DNA of 63,798 nt, the filler included. It is 4 parts of 4 records of this genome, joined end to end, with 100 filler letters (N's around TTAATTAATTAA, not from the genome) between each part and the next. Parts side by side here need not be neighbours in the genome. Positions count along the whole stretch, not along the records: positions 37,562 to 58,560 come from SRR31156797_1747; 3 more parts are not named here. One strand, given 5' to 3'. The notes under the pieces are model-generated. The model saw nothing but the letters and a program-made list of their open reading frames with translations, was not told the DNA's origin and searched no databases. Made by a program: the position numbers and the translations under genes. Each line of letters opens with the position of its first letter. Position 1 is the first letter of the stretch. Shown piece after piece: positions 41,331 to 51,967 of this stretch.

Positions 41331-42287
41331 CTAATGGTTCATCGCTGAGAACATATCCATGCTCATAATTACCGCAGGTCCGAGGATCGTCACGAACAAA
41401 GCGGGAAGGATGAACGCAATCAAGGGAAGAAGCAGCAGCACCGGCATCTTGGCGGCCTTTTCCTCGGCGCGTTGAGAGCGCTTGACGCGCATGGCGTCCG
41501 AGTAGACCCGCAGGGTACGGCCAACGCTGATACCGAAAGCGTCCGCCTGAATAAGCAGTGAAGTCAAACTATTCAGATCATCCATGCCGACTCGTTCAGC
41601 CAAAGAGCGAAGCGCCTCGGTGCGAGCCTTACCTGCACGAAGTTCCAATGTCAGGAGTTTGAATTCGGAACTGATGATCGGACCTGAACGTTTGAGTTCA
41701 TGACAGACCCGGTCAATGGCCTGATCAAGGCCCATACCGGATTCAACACAAACCACGAGAAGATCCAGAGCATCTGGCAATTCGTCGGACACTGTCAGCT
41801 TGCGCCGGGCAATCTTCTTGGTCAGCCAATATTCAGGCCCATAGACCCCGATAGTCGCCAATAAAACGGTGAAAAAGGCCGTTGCAGCAACGCTCATGTC
41901 CGGCGACAAAAGGAAGCGGAAGAACAAAAATCCGCCAGCCAAACCAAGAGCCAAACATCCCTTGATGCCCTGAAATATCTTATAGGAATCAGGCGCACGC
42001 ATCCCGGCCTGAATCAGCCGCATACGATTCTTGTCAATATCTTCGACTTCAGTCGGTCCAATCTTGGAACCCAGACGACCAAAGAAGTTCACAAGATTAC
42101 CCAGTATAGATGTCAAAGGTGCAGTCAATGCTTCAGATCGCTTGACCGAAGTCCCGGAAACCCGTTCCTTGAGTTTAGCCGTATCATTAGCTCCACTCAA
42201 ATAACCGATGAGACCGTAACCGCCCAGGAGGACAGAAACAAAGGCAAGGCCTGCCGCGAACAGAGGAATCAATTGTGCTTCACTCAT
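41331..42287 (-). CDS. tadC: Tad pilus inner-membrane platform protein TadC
   Basis: ELPDALDLLVVCVESGMGLDQA; RAEEKAAK. Confidence 0.93.
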   Translation of the reverse strand: MSEAQLIPLFAAGLAFVSVLLGGYGLIGYLSGANDTAKLKERVSGTSVKRSEALTAPLTSILGNLVNFFGRLGSKIGPTEVEDIDKNRMRLIQAGMRAPDSYKIFQGIKGCLALGLAGGFLFFRFLLSPDMSVAATAFFTVLLATIGVYGPEYWLTKKIARRKLTVSDELPDALDLLVVCVESGMGLDQAIDRVCHELKRSGPIISSEFKLLTLELRAGKARTEALRSLAERVGMDDLNSLTSLLIQADAFGISVGRTLRVYSDAMRVKRSQRAEEKAAKMPVLLLLPLIAFILPALFVTILGPAVIMSMDMFSAMNH

Positions 42288-42296
42288 GACAACCTC

Positions 42297-43268
42297 CTAG
42301 ACCTTGATCTTAATAATCTTGCGGATAACAAGGATACCCATGACAACGGAAATAGATGCGGTCCAAACCATGTTTTGACCGAGTTCACGCTTCCACAAAA
42401 GACTGACGTAATCGGGATTGATCAGAAACAGAATACCAGTCAGAAGGAAAGGCAACGAAGTCAGAATATATGCAGACACTCGTCCTTCAGCGGAAAGCAC
42501 CTTAATCTTGCCGAACAAGGCAAATCGCTCCCGCACTAATTCCGCGATTTTGGCTATGATTTCGGCGAGATTTCCACCGGTTTCACGCTGGATATTCACG
42601 GAAACAATGAAAAACTTGAGATCAGTGCAGTCCACCCGACTCTGAAGACTGAGCAAAGCTCTGTCCACGTCCATGCCGTAGTTAATCTCGTCCAAAGTCT
42701 GACCGAACTCGGGACCGATGGGCGCATCGAATTCATCCGCGACCATACGCATGCCACCGCCAAAAGTATGTCCAGCCTTGAGCGCACGGGCCATGAGATC
42801 AAGGGCTTCTGGCAGTTGCTTCTGAAAACGATTCATGCGTTTTCTCTTCATGCCCTTCAGCCGCATAATCGGGAAATATCCAAGCAAAGAACCAGCTACA
42901 ATGCTGACCAACCATCTACCGGAGAAACTGCCGGCATAAACCCCGATCACAGCGAGCAAGGCGCAAACCAACAAATAAATACCAGCCGTTCCCTTTGCGT
43001 CCGCCTGATAAATGAGATTTTCGAGGCTAGACGCCCACCGCATCTTTTCGAGCAAACGATTAAACCAGGGAACCTCACTCATGGCCGCATCACGAAGGAC
43101 CAGATCAATATTTTCTGCATTCGCATCGGTCAGGGCCAGAGCTTTGAGTCGGCTCTTGATCTTCTGATCAGCCTTGTCCGCCCCCGATTGCATGAGAGAA
43201 CTTACACCCATGACAAGCAAAAAAATAATAAGTACGGCCACGCCGCTAATGATAAGAGTCAACTGCAT
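42297..43268 (-). CDS. tadB: Tad pilus inner-membrane platform protein TadB
   Basis: QLPEALDLMARALKAGH; QRETGGNLAE; LSAEGRVSA. Confidence 0.93.
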   Translation of the reverse strand: MQLTLIISGVAVLIIFLLVMGVSSLMQSGADKADQKIKSRLKALALTDANAENIDLVLRDAAMSEVPWFNRLLEKMRWASSLENLIYQADAKGTAGIYLLVCALLAVIGVYAGSFSGRWLVSIVAGSLLGYFPIMRLKGMKRKRMNRFQKQLPEALDLMARALKAGHTFGGGMRMVADEFDAPIGPEFGQTLDEINYGMDVDRALLSLQSRVDCTDLKFFIVSVNIQRETGGNLAEIIAKIAELVRERFALFGKIKVLSAEGRVSAYILTSLPFLLTGILFLINPDYVSLLWKRELGQNMVWTASISVVMGILVIRKIIKIKV

Positions 43269-43271
43269 GGT

Positions 43272-44675
43272 TTACTCCTTCCTCATGGGCTTGGGAGCCA
43301 CATGGAACATATCCGTGGGGAAAGAAAATCCCATACGCTCCAATTTGTCCGCAAACTTGGGACGAATACCGCGAGCCGTAAAACGCCCTTCCACCTTGCC
43401 ATCCTTGCTGACGCCGGTCTGATCATAGGCGAAAATTTCCTGCATGGTGATCATCTCACCCTCCATGCCTGTTACCTCCTGAATGGAGATGACCTTTCTG
43501 GTACCGTCCACCAAACGAGTTGCCTGAATGATGACGTCGATGGCTGAAGAAATATACCGCTTCATTGATATGGGAGAAAGACTCAATCCGGCCATGGAAA
43601 TCATGGTTTCCAGACGCATCAGGGCGTCACGCGGCGTATTGGCGTGAATAGTCGTCAGGGAGCCATCATGACCGGTGTTCATGGCTTGGAGCATATCCAA
43701 AGCCTCTGAGGAACGGACCTCACCAACGATGATGCGATCAGGGCGCATACGCAGACAGTTCTTGACCAAATCACGCATGGTGATTTCACCTTTGCCTTCA
43801 ATATTGGCCGGCCGGGTCTCCAACCGGACCACGTGCGCCTGCTTCAGTTGCAATTCGGCCGCGTCCTCAATGGTAACAACTCGTTCATCCTCGGGAACGT
43901 TGCGCGACAGGCAGTTAAGCAATGTAGTTTTACCGGAACCGGTACCTCCGGAAATAAGTACGTTGAGTTGAGTTTTGACAATACCTTCCATCAACTGGGC
44001 CATCTGCGGAGTCAGGGAATTAAATCCAATCAGGTCAGCGACTTCCAGTGGGTCCTTGGAAAACTTACGAATGGACAGAGAAGGACCATCAATAGCCAGC
44101 GGCGGGATAACAGCGTTAACACGGGAACCATCCAGCAAACGGGCGTCACACAAAGGTTGGGACTCATCAATACGACGTCCCACCAAGGACACGATTCGGT
44201 CAATAATCTTACGCAGATGATCGTCATCCTTGAAACGAGCTGGGGTCAATTCCAACTTACCCGAACGCTCAACATAAATCTGCTTGTAGCCGTTGACCAA
44301 AATATCGTTAACCGTAGGATCCTGAACAAAAGGCTCGAGAGGACCGAGGCCAATGACCTCATCCTGGATTTCGGCCAGCATCCGCTTGCGTTCAGCCAGA
44401 TTCAACGGAGCATTCTGAAATTCTTCCCAAAGCAGCCCTTCGGTAACCTTGGCGATTTCCGACCGCATTTCCATTTCGCTCAGGGAATCCAACAACGAAA
44501 GATCAATCATGTCGATAAGACGATCATGAATGCGAGTCTTGATATCAAAGTAATGTTCCTGCGCCTCAGTCTTGGAAATAGACGAAGAGACAGCCTTACC
44601 GTGAGCCTTACCCTTATCTACGGCAACAGAGCCACGCTTGGCGGCATTTCTATTCAATCGATCTGCGAGGTTCAT
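43272..44675 (-). CDS. tadA: Tad pilus assembly ATPase TadA/CpaF
   Basis: GLGPLE, Walker [32 protein letters not shown]. Confidence 0.96.
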   Translation of the reverse strand: MNLADRLNRNAAKRGSVAVDKGKAHGKAVSSSISKTEAQEHYFDIKTRIHDRLIDMIDLSLLDSLSEMEMRSEIAKVTEGLLWEEFQNAPLNLAERKRMLAEIQDEVIGLGPLEPFVQDPTVNDILVNGYKQIYVERSGKLELTPARFKDDDHLRKIIDRIVSLVGRRIDESQPLCDARLLDGSRVNAVIPPLAIDGPSLSIRKFSKDPLEVADLIGFNSLTPQMAQLMEGIVKTQLNVLISGGTGSGKTTLLNCLSRNVPEDERVVTIEDAAELQLKQAHVVRLETRPANIEGKGEITMRDLVKNCLRMRPDRIIVGEVRSSEALDMLQAMNTGHDGSLTTIHANTPRDALMRLETMISMAGLSLSPISMKRYISSAIDVIIQATRLVDGTRKVISIQEVTGMEGEMITMQEIFAYDQTGVSKDGKVEGRFTARGIRPKFADKLERMGFSFPTDMFHVAPKPMRKE

Positions 44676-45856
44676 AAGGACGCTCCTGCAAGATGATCAT
44701 CATCCTTGTTCTTCTTTTTAAAGAAAGAAGCGAACGGCAAAGAAAATCCTTTCTTGGCCTTCTTGGGTGCGGGGAACAAAGTTGTCACCATGCCCTGAAT
44801 GGCCTTGGTGGCAGGAGACTTGGGGTAAGCCAAAACCAGAGGTGTACCTTGATTAATAGCAGACAAAGAGGAATCACTGTCTTCAGGAATCACCCAGACA
44901 ATTTCGCGGTCCAGCACTTCCATGGCTTCGCTCACACCAATGGTCGAATTCTTTGCCACGCGATTGGCAACGAGCTTCATACGCCGTTCACTATCCGGGT
45001 CCTGACTACGAATGGAATCCATCAGACGAGAAGTCCGGGCGAGACACGGCAAGCTCAATTGCAATGCGATGAGAATGAAATCAGCCTGTTCCACTTCCTT
45101 GGGAAGCACATCGTCATGGGGATATGCAGTATCAACGATCACATGCTCATAATTACTACGAAGCTGCTCCAGAATAAGGAACAGGGAATGAGGATCAGGA
45201 CGCTCAAAACCGGAAGGACCGGGCAATACGTGCAGGCCGGATTCATGCTCGGCCACCACGCTACGAAGGTAGATCCCATCCAGACGGGAAATGTCTTCGA
45301 CCAATTCACCCCAGGTGTATTCATACTTCAGATCCAGAAAATACGGGGTCTCTCCACCAGGACGACGCAAATCGACAAGAATGGTGCTACCGGGATTACG
45401 CGCGTTCAAAATCGAAGCCAAATTCACAGCCAGAGACGTCACTCCCATGCCGGACTTACTGCCAAGCACAGTTAATATTTTACCCTTCTCCCCCTCATCT
45501 TCTCCTAGGCTGGAACGCATGGCCGTCCGAATGATGGCGGCGCGAAAATCGTTTTCATCCACCGGGTACTTGATGAATTCACGAATGCCGCTGCGCATGG
45601 CACGAATAAGGACCTCTGGGTCAGCATTGTTACCGACCAAATAAACATCCTCAGCCTGTCCGGTTTCAAGAGCCTGAATGACATGCGGCATGTCTTCTTC
45701 AACAGAGTCACCGGGTTCGTAAATAAGGACACCCATTTCTTCAGCGTCGTCTTCAACAAGGCGAACCATGGGATTGCCAGCGATCATCTGCTCAAAGAGC
45801 TTACGCTGCTCCTTGTCGCTGATTGCCAACGAGATCGGTATGATTCTGCTATTCAT
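44672..45856 (-). CDS. cpaE: TadZ/CpaE MinD-like ATPase with a degenerate receiver domain
   Basis: [10 protein letters not shown]; deviant Walker [11 protein letters not shown]; start ATG 45856 after a GAGGGGG RBS. Confidence 0.88.
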   Translation of the reverse strand: MNSRIIPISLAISDKEQRKLFEQMIAGNPMVRLVEDDAEEMGVLIYEPGDSVEEDMPHVIQALETGQAEDVYLVGNNADPEVLIRAMRSGIREFIKYPVDENDFRAAIIRTAMRSSLGEDEGEKGKILTVLGSKSGMGVTSLAVNLASILNARNPGSTILVDLRRPGGETPYFLDLKYEYTWGELVEDISRLDGIYLRSVVAEHESGLHVLPGPSGFERPDPHSLFLILEQLRSNYEHVIVDTAYPHDDVLPKEVEQADFILIALQLSLPCLARTSRLMDSIRSQDPDSERRMKLVANRVAKNSTIGVSEAMEVLDREIVWVIPEDSDSSLSAINQGTPLVLAYPKSPATKAIQGMVTTLFPAPKKAKKGFSLPFASFFKKKNKDDDHLAGASL

Positions 45857-46033
45857 GGTTCCCCCTCTCCCTAAAGTCCTCTTTAGGCTGTACAACGGTC
45901 TGAGCAAGCCGCCCGCCGTCTTCCCCGTACAACCACTAATTTTCAAACACTGTAAAATTCAGAATAAGGACACTCAACATCAGCACAAGGAGAACAAGCT
46001 CGGGCCAATACTCGAAGTGTCCTGAACCACGCA

Positions 46034-46315
46034 TCAGTTCTGGACCTCGACGACGCCAAAAGTCGAACCAGATGCTCGCTCCTTCTTTTCCTTGGGACCA
46101 GCCTGATACTTTTCAGCGGCTTTGGCAGCATACTTGCCGTCGATTCCAACGACCGGTGCGTCGGAGCCAGCTTCAGGGTTGGCGGTCTGGCTCTTCAGAG
46201 CCATGTGGACAGAACTGCCAAAAGGCGGCGTGGTGTGGTCCACTTCATACATTGAACCGCAGCCGGCTTGGAGCATGATTCCCACGATGGCTAGATAAAT
46301 CAGAAAATTCTGCAT
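46034..46315 (-). CDS. Small lipoprotein downstream of the secretin (RcpB/CpaD position)
   Basis: Lipobox QAGC; GGAGG RBS; QTANPEA..PVVGIDG motif. Confidence 0.75.
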   Translation of the reverse strand: MQNFLIYLAIVGIMLQAGCGSMYEVDHTTPPFGSSVHMALKSQTANPEAGSDAPVVGIDGKYAAKAAEKYQAGPKEKKERASGSTFGVVEVQN

Positions 46316-46333
46316 GATATCCTCCGCACGTTC

Positions 46334-47746
46334 CTATTGCGGCCAAGCGTGGCCGAACTCACCGTCAAATCCACTTTCAGGCCGGACGACTGTTCCAGGC
46401 TCCGCAGCACCAGAATTGGCTCCTGCAACCTTGGTCGTCTCTGACCCGCCCATTCCTTCCATGAGACCGAAAAGATAAAATTCACTATCGCTCGGCTCCT
46501 TGAACCCATCCGTGGGAAGGGTCTGGGAAGCCATGTCCACCGGCTTTGCCAGATGGGCAGTTACCAGGACCACCAACTCGGTCTTGTTGCTGGTAAAATC
46601 CTTGGAGCTGAACAGCATGCCAAGCACTGGAACTTCTCCCAGTCCAGGAAATTTGTTTGAATTTTCCTTAAGGGAATCACTAATCAGACCAGCGATAACA
46701 AAAGATTGGCCGTCTCCCAATTCCACCACGGTATTGGCGCGACGAGTGGATATTGTCGGAATTTCATATCCAGACACGGAAACGCTTTTGGAATAATCCA
46801 GTTCAGATACTTCCGGGTTGACTTGCAAATTAATCAAACCGGAGCTCATGACCGTAGCCGTAAACTTGAGACCAATACCAAACGGTTTGTAATCAATGGC
46901 GACATTGCCCAAAGGTCCGGGCATGGGAATAGGGACTTCGCCGCCAACCAAAAATTCAGCAGACTCGCCCGACACACAGGTCAAATTCGGCTCAGCCAGC
47001 ATTCGGACCAAACCATTGGCCTTAAGAGCGTCGATCATGCCAAAAATGGTTGTGCTCCCGGTGCGGTATGCTCCGTCGAATGTGATATTGTCAGTCAATT
47101 CGAAGACGCTATCTTCAGCGTTGAACTTCGTCAGATTATTAATAATGGAATAGATGGAAAAATTGGAACCGATAGCCGCAAAGTTCACGCCCAGACGTTT
47201 GGTCACGGAACGGGACATTTCGGCCACACGAACTTCCAACATAACCTGTTGGATACCGTCCACAGTCAGTAGATTAACAACCTTGTCAGGAGCCGCAGCT
47301 TCGGCCAAAGCAAGGACGGACGACAAATTCGAAGTGTTGGACACATGTCCGGCCAAAGTAACGGATTCGCCCGAAGTCAGGACCTTGATATTCTTTTCAT
47401 TGGGCATAACCTCATGAATCATCCGCTTGAGATGTGTCATGTTCGGGGTCACTGTCACGTCGAACACATCCGCTACATTGCCGTTGGACCACAATGTCAG
47501 AGTCGTAGAACCAAGTTCATTACCGGTCAGATATATCTGCCGAGGCGAAAGGACAACTATGGAAACTAGAGTGTCGGAAGCCAGTGAGACACGACTCACC
47601 TTAAAATCGGTGTCGATGACAAGGGACTTGCCAAGCGTTAACTTAATCACGTCAGTTGTCTTGGCATGCATCGGTGAAGGAATGAACAGCACCATAACAT
47701 AGGCCAATACGACCAAGAGGTTTCGTATAGATTGGATACGTATCAT
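46334..47746 (-). CDS. cpaC: Tad secretin RcpA/CpaC
   Basis: QVMLEVRVAEMSR, LAEPNL, FLVGGEVPIP, PGLGEVPVLGMLFSS, ELVVLVT. Confidence 0.95.
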   Translation of the reverse strand: MIRIQSIRNLLVVLAYVMVLFIPSPMHAKTTDVIKLTLGKSLVIDTDFKVSRVSLASDTLVSIVVLSPRQIYLTGNELGSTTLTLWSNGNVADVFDVTVTPNMTHLKRMIHEVMPNEKNIKVLTSGESVTLAGHVSNTSNLSSVLALAEAAAPDKVVNLLTVDGIQQVMLEVRVAEMSRSVTKRLGVNFAAIGSNFSIYSIINNLTKFNAEDSVFELTDNITFDGAYRTGSTTIFGMIDALKANGLVRMLAEPNLTCVSGESAEFLVGGEVPIPMPGPLGNVAIDYKPFGIGLKFTATVMSSGLINLQVNPEVSELDYSKSVSVSGYEIPTISTRRANTVVELGDGQSFVIAGLISDSLKENSNKFPGLGEVPVLGMLFSSKDFTSNKTELVVLVTAHLAKPVDMASQTLPTDGFKEPSDSEFYLFGLMEGMGGSETTKVAGANSGAAEPGTVVRPESGFDGEFGHAWPQ

Positions 47747-47755
47747 AACGTCCCC

Positions 47756-48574
47756 CTAGAACTTGACCGACGAGCGCATGGCGCCGGTAATGACTTCGAC
47801 CTTGTCGGTCTTCTTTCGTTTAATATGACGAGTAGGTGCACTGGGACGCAAAGCGGCAAGGGTCTTGGGGATATTGGAACCGGTCGTTCGAACCATCTTT
47901 TCGTCCTGCTCGTTACGAAGAGCGAAATTCAAGGTGCCTTGTGTTGCAGCCAACGCCAGACGTTCGCTTTGCGGTGGGCTCAATTCCAAAGTGTAGACAT
48001 CCACACTCGCGGCCTTACCGTCTTCGTCAGGCGGAGTCAGTTGTGTGCCTGTGGCGATAACCTTGATATTTTCAAGCACGAGCTTGGTGACAGGAATTTC
48101 TTCTCGACCGACAACCAATGTGACGATGACGTCCACTTTGTCGCCGGGACGAACGAACCCGGACAACCCCATAACCTCGTTTCCCTTGACGGCCATGGCA
48201 CGCATGCCAGGTTCGATAAGGGCACTGACACCACCGCCAATAACGGATTCATCAGCCAACCGCATGGTTGTTACGGCTTCATTGGCGCCAACGGATTGAT
48301 TGACCACACGACCAAGAAGCTGGCCGGGATCTGAAAATGCACCTGAAGGACGAGAATCCTTAGTGTACTTGCGAACTTCCATCATTTCTTCGGTCAGCTT
48401 GAGACCGCGATTAATATCCACCTTGGCCACGACCACGGGGACCGTTTCGGCAACCTGCTGAGCAGGTCCCTTTCGAGTCACATTGCTAGACCACTGAAAG
48501 ATCAGCACACCGGCCACGATTGCCAGAATCAGTGACAGGGTAATTTGTATCAGGGCTCTCTTGGACTTACTCAT
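47756..48574 (-). CDS. cpaB: Flp pilus assembly protein CpaB/RcpC
   Basis: SAF-like VVVAK; GMRAMAV; GFVRPGDKVDVI; LALAATQG. Confidence 0.93.
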   Translation of the reverse strand: MSKSKRALIQITLSLILAIVAGVLIFQWSSNVTRKGPAQQVAETVPVVVAKVDINRGLKLTEEMMEVRKYTKDSRPSGAFSDPGQLLGRVVNQSVGANEAVTTMRLADESVIGGGVSALIEPGMRAMAVKGNEVMGLSGFVRPGDKVDVIVTLVVGREEIPVTKLVLENIKVIATGTQLTPPDEDGKAASVDVYTLELSPPQSERLALAATQGTLNFALRNEQDEKMVRTTGSNIPKTLAALRPSAPTRHIKRKKTDKVEVITGAMRSSVKF

Positions 48575-48586
48575 GACGTCCCTCCT

Positions 48587-49135
48587 TTAATAACTGCCAT
48601 GGACAGCACCGGTCTGCCATGCATGCAAAATCATGGCAGTTGCGGTGCCCACAGCAATGGCCACGCCGTAGCAAAGCCGAGGCAGGACCTTTTCTGTATT
48701 GGTAGGGGCAAAATTAAACTTTCGGGTCGCCACGAAGACAGAGAAGGTATTCACAAGATTGCCCATGACGGCCTTGAAGACCTTTCTGTCAAAGGCAAGC
48801 ACGCCGAGGCCATAAATACCGCCAGCAATGCAGGTGAATAAAAAAGCAGTCAAGGTGCTGGAGAAACCGAGCCATGCTCCAACTCCAGCCATCAACTTCA
48901 CATCGCCCGCGCCCATCACACCTAAAAAATATGGAAATGCCATAGCGATAAATCCGAGAGCGAATCCGCCTGCGGCGAACTTCAGCCCTTCGACCCCGCC
49001 GAACACGGTATGTGTGGCGAACCCGGCCAGAATGACCGGAAAGGTGAGCCAGTTATATATACGCTGACTTTTGATGTCGGTGATGGTTGCAATGAGCAGT
49101 GCCACTGCGAGCACTATACTGATAAGTAAATTCAT
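48587..49135 (-). CDS. cpaA: Prepilin peptidase CpaA/TadV (A24)
   Basis: TDIKSQRIYN and MGAGDVKL catalytic aspartate motifs. Confidence 0.93.
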   Translation of the reverse strand: MNLLISIVLAVALLIATITDIKSQRIYNWLTFPVILAGFATHTVFGGVEGLKFAAGGFALGFIAMAFPYFLGVMGAGDVKLMAGVGAWLGFSSTLTAFLFTCIAGGIYGLGVLAFDRKVFKAVMGNLVNTFSVFVATRKFNFAPTNTEKVLPRLCYGVAIAVGTATAMILHAWQTGAVHGSY

Positions 49136-49167
49136 GGTTCCCCCGATGGTCTTCTGAGCCGATCTGG

Positions 49168-49230
49168 TTGTCTTCGCTTTCCCTCGAAGACAAAACCGGG
49201 GCTGGCGGGCCTTTCCCGCTAGCCCCGGTT
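49168..49230 (-). terminator. Tandem hairpins between flp and cpaA
   Basis: AACCGGGGCTGGCGGG-ccttt-CCCGCTAGCCCCGGTT (49194-49230) abutting TTGTCTTCG..CGAAGACAA (49168-49193). Confidence 0.75.
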
Positions 49231-49279
49231 CGGCTGCTCTGGCTGCTTCCGTTAAACGGTTAGCTGTTTCGACTAAAGA

Positions 49280-49462
49280 TTAGGGAGTAGCTGCGGTTGC
49301 TGCGCTCATCTGCCCGGTGATGTACTGGAAGGTCGAAACGACCTGGCCACCGAGAGAAGTAGTTGCACCGACGATACCGGCAGCGATCAGGGCGGCGATA
49401 AGGCCGTATTCAATAGCGGTTGCGCCTTCTTCGTCGAGGATAAGGTTCATAAGCTTGGTCAT
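49280..49462 (-). CDS. flp: Flp/Fap major pilin
   Basis: DEEG|ATAIEYGLIAALIA Flp motif; AAGGAG RBS before ATG 49462. Confidence 0.95.
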   Translation of the reverse strand: MTKLMNLILDEEGATAIEYGLIAALIAAGIVGATTSLGGQVVSTFQYITGQMSAATAATP

Positions 49463-49540
49463 TGTCATTCTCCTTGGTTTGTTTCGTGAAAAATCGAAAT
49501 TTGTTTTTTTGCTGTTAAGCACCAGCCACGATTTCGATAA

Positions 49541-49556
49541 AGCAACCCGTGTGCCA
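49541..49556 (-). promoter_or_regulatory. Sigma54 (-24/-12) promoter of the flp operon
   Basis: Minus strand TGGCACACGGGTTGCT has GG-N10-GC spacing, about 80 nt upstream of flp. Confidence 0.88.
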
Positions 49557-49925
49557 TACAAAGAAAAACTTTATTTTTTACAATTCAACTACTCAAGATA
49601 TAAGGAGAAAAAAAATATTTCATTCGTAAACACCTGTTTTAACTGCACCCTCCTTTTAGACGAATCTATTTTTTATAGATTCAAACAAAAAACCATACTC
49701 CTCCATTCCCATAAAATCTGCTTAAATTTCAAAAGATTAACACTGTCCATAAAAAATGGACTCACGTATAGGAATTTACATTTAAGACTCCAAACTCAAG
49801 AATTAGGTGCTTTCACACCCTATTCTTGAGTTGATTGGTCCAGAATAACCACAAAAGATGGATACACCGATTCAGGTGTCGAACAAAAGGAAAGGAGAAA
49901 GGAAGGAAAAAAGGAAACTATGTGA

Positions 49926-51311
49926 CTAATTCTTAAATAATATCGGGCTAATATCGTGCTTTTTCAATTTGTTCCAAAGATTCTTCGCCGATACACCAAG
50001 TACACTTGCCGCTTCGGTCTGGGTTCCCCCGCATGCACGCAGGGCGTTCTCGATAAGCACTTTTTCATAATCAATAAGTGCTTGTTTCAAAGGGATTCCT
50101 TCGCTCACGGGCAAATGCATGCCTACATCTGCCACAGGAGATGTATTGGTAAAAGCCTGATCAACCTCAGCGGGGGTTATAGTCGTGGATTTACAAAAAA
50201 TGGCAGCGCGTTCCACAGCATTGGCGAACTGGCGCACGTTACCCGGCCAATCATAATTGAAGAATATTTCCATGGCCGCGCTGGACACAGAACTTATGTC
50301 CGTACCAAGTCGTCGGTTGGCTCGATCAAGAAAGAATTCAGCCAATTGAGGAAGATCCGACTTGCGATCCCTGAGCGGCGGCAACACCAATGTCGCAACA
50401 TTCAATCTATAATAGAGATCGCTACGGAATTTCCCTTCTTCAACACGCTGTTCCAACTCCTGGTTGGTTGCTGCGATAATACGCACATCATAGATAATGG
50501 GTTTGGCCCCCCCCACGCGTTCAGCCTGTTTTTGCTCCACCGCCCGCAACAGTTTGGGTTGCAGATGCAATGGCATATCGCCAATTTCATCAAGCAGGAG
50601 GGAGCCGCCCTTGGCCTGCTCAAACTTTCCCTGCTTCATGGAAGTCGCGCCGGTAAAAGCCCCCTTTTCATGTCCAAACAATTCGGATTCTATAAGATTT
50701 TCAGGAATGGCAGCACAGTTGATCTTGACAAATGGCTCTTTGGCCCGTGCACTCAAGGCATGAATGACATCTGAAACAAGTTCCTTACCGGTGCCGGTTT
50801 CACCCATAATCAAAACATCGGCATTGAGTTCGGCCACGCGTACAAGCCGTTCCTTGACCGCCATCATGGGAACTGATTGACCGATGATGGAATGCAACGG
50901 GCTGGTGCCGCCCTTCCGTTTCAGTTCGGACAGCTCTTTCTGCATCCGCCGCTTTTCCAATGCACGACGGACCACCACTTCCATTTCTCCCAATGAAAAC
51001 GGCTTGGTGAAATAGTCATATGCACCGCGCTGCATGGCTTTGACGCCAGAATCCTTGGACGAATAACCGGTCATGACAATGATATCCACGCCAGGTGCGG
51101 CCTCTGCCAAATGTGGCAAAGCATCCAGCCCGGACATACCAGGCAGCTTTATATCATGAAGAATGAGATCGAACTTTCCAGCATCTGCCTTTTTAATACC
51201 ATCTTCAGCTGTCGAAGCGGTATCCACGTCATATCCCTTGTCGATTAATGCTTCGACAAGCATTCCCTGAAAAGCTCGGTCATCATCTACAATCAATATT
51301 CGCTCTGCCAC
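49926..51311 (-). CDS. Sigma54-dependent response regulator (NtrC/AtoC-type enhancer-binding protein)
   Basis: Receiver ILIVDDD..HDIKLPG; GETGTGKE; GAFTGA; WPGNVR; Fis-type HTH. GTG start at 51311 follows AGGAG. Confidence 0.95.
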   Translation of the reverse strand: MAERILIVDDDRAFQGMLVEALIDKGYDVDTASTAEDGIKKADAGKFDLILHDIKLPGMSGLDALPHLAEAAPGVDIIVMTGYSSKDSGVKAMQRGAYDYFTKPFSLGEMEVVVRRALEKRRMQKELSELKRKGGTSPLHSIIGQSVPMMAVKERLVRVAELNADVLIMGETGTGKELVSDVIHALSARAKEPFVKINCAAIPENLIESELFGHEKGAFTGATSMKQGKFEQAKGGSLLLDEIGDMPLHLQPKLLRAVEQKQAERVGGAKPIIYDVRIIAATNQELEQRVEEGKFRSDLYYRLNVATLVLPPLRDRKSDLPQLAEFFLDRANRRLGTDISSVSSAAMEIFFNYDWPGNVRQFANAVERAAIFCKSTTITPAEVDQAFTNTSPVADVGMHLPVSEGIPLKQALIDYEKVLIENALRACGGTQTEAASVLGVSAKNLWNKLKKHDISPILFKN

Positions 51312-51497
51312 AGGCTTACTCCTGAATGTCTTTCTACCCACATTTGAATTTTACATGAAACGTAAAATCTTATCCACAAAAAATAGATATTCACACCGTT
51401 ACTTATCAATACGAATCCTAGAGCTCTTTGGTCACAAATTTTTTTATTATATAAATCCAAGAGCATATACCACACCATTACCAACCATCATTCTGGT

Positions 51498-51513
51498 TGG
51501 CACAGCCATTGCG
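51498..51513 (+). promoter_or_regulatory. Sigma54 (-24/-12) promoter of the tadE/tadG/tadE operon
   Basis: TGGCACAGCCATTGCG has GG-N10-GC spacing, about 60 nt upstream of ATG 51572. Confidence 0.82.
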
Positions 51514-51571
51514 TATATATTCCCATAGACAACACCAAAGCAGTAAAAAAAGGAACTCAAGGAGAACGGGG

Positions 51572-51967
51572 ATGAATCATAAAAACACTAAACGCCAAGG
51601 ACTCGCAGCGGTCGAACTCGCCTTGATGCTTCCCGTGCTAGCCCTTCTGCTCATGCTTTTGGTTGAAGGGGCCAATGCCATACACACATATTCCTCGTTG
51701 ATCGAAGCCAGCCGAGAAGGCGCACGGCATGTGCTTCTGGAAGGAAGTGATGCTGACGTAGAAGCCCTTGTCGCCGCACTGGTTTCAGACATCGACAGTG
51801 CTGACCTCAATACCAACGTGACAACAGACACGGTAAGCCAAACGGTCACCGTCGAAGTGTCGTATAAATATGAACTGTTTGGCAATGCCAGCAGCACCAC
51901 ACCTATAGGGGAAAGCAATGACAATTCATTCCAGTTCGTCGCCCAGACAACCATGCCGATGCCCTAA
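51572..51967 (+). CDS. tadE: TadE-like minor pilin
   Basis: RQG|LAAVELALMLP and ASREGAR; AAGGAG RBS. Confidence 0.9.
   Translation: MNHKNTKRQGLAAVELALMLPVLALLLMLLVEGANAIHTYSSLIEASREGARHVLLEGSDADVEALVAALVSDIDSADLNTNVTTDTVSQTVTVEVSYKYELFGNASSTTPIGESNDNSFQFVAQTTMPMP

Noticed and set aside
49463-49561. N-terminal extensions given by the ORF track for flp (also tadE from 51497, cpaE from 45946, carboxylase from 60920, dxr from 965)
   Set aside because: The extensions run through promoters or neighbouring genes; downstream starts have better RBS or family-typical N-termini.
49317-49829. 170-aa plus-strand ORF across flp and its promoter
   Set aside because: Overlaps the pilin antisense and the sigma54 promoter; the low-complexity translation is not protein-like.
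40391-50774. Long plus-strand ORFs opposite the tad and regulator genes (40391-41368, 42768-43547, 43833-44696, 44693-45475, 49956-50774)
   Set aside because: Antisense shadows of well-supported genes in GC-richer DNA, with no recognisable motifs.
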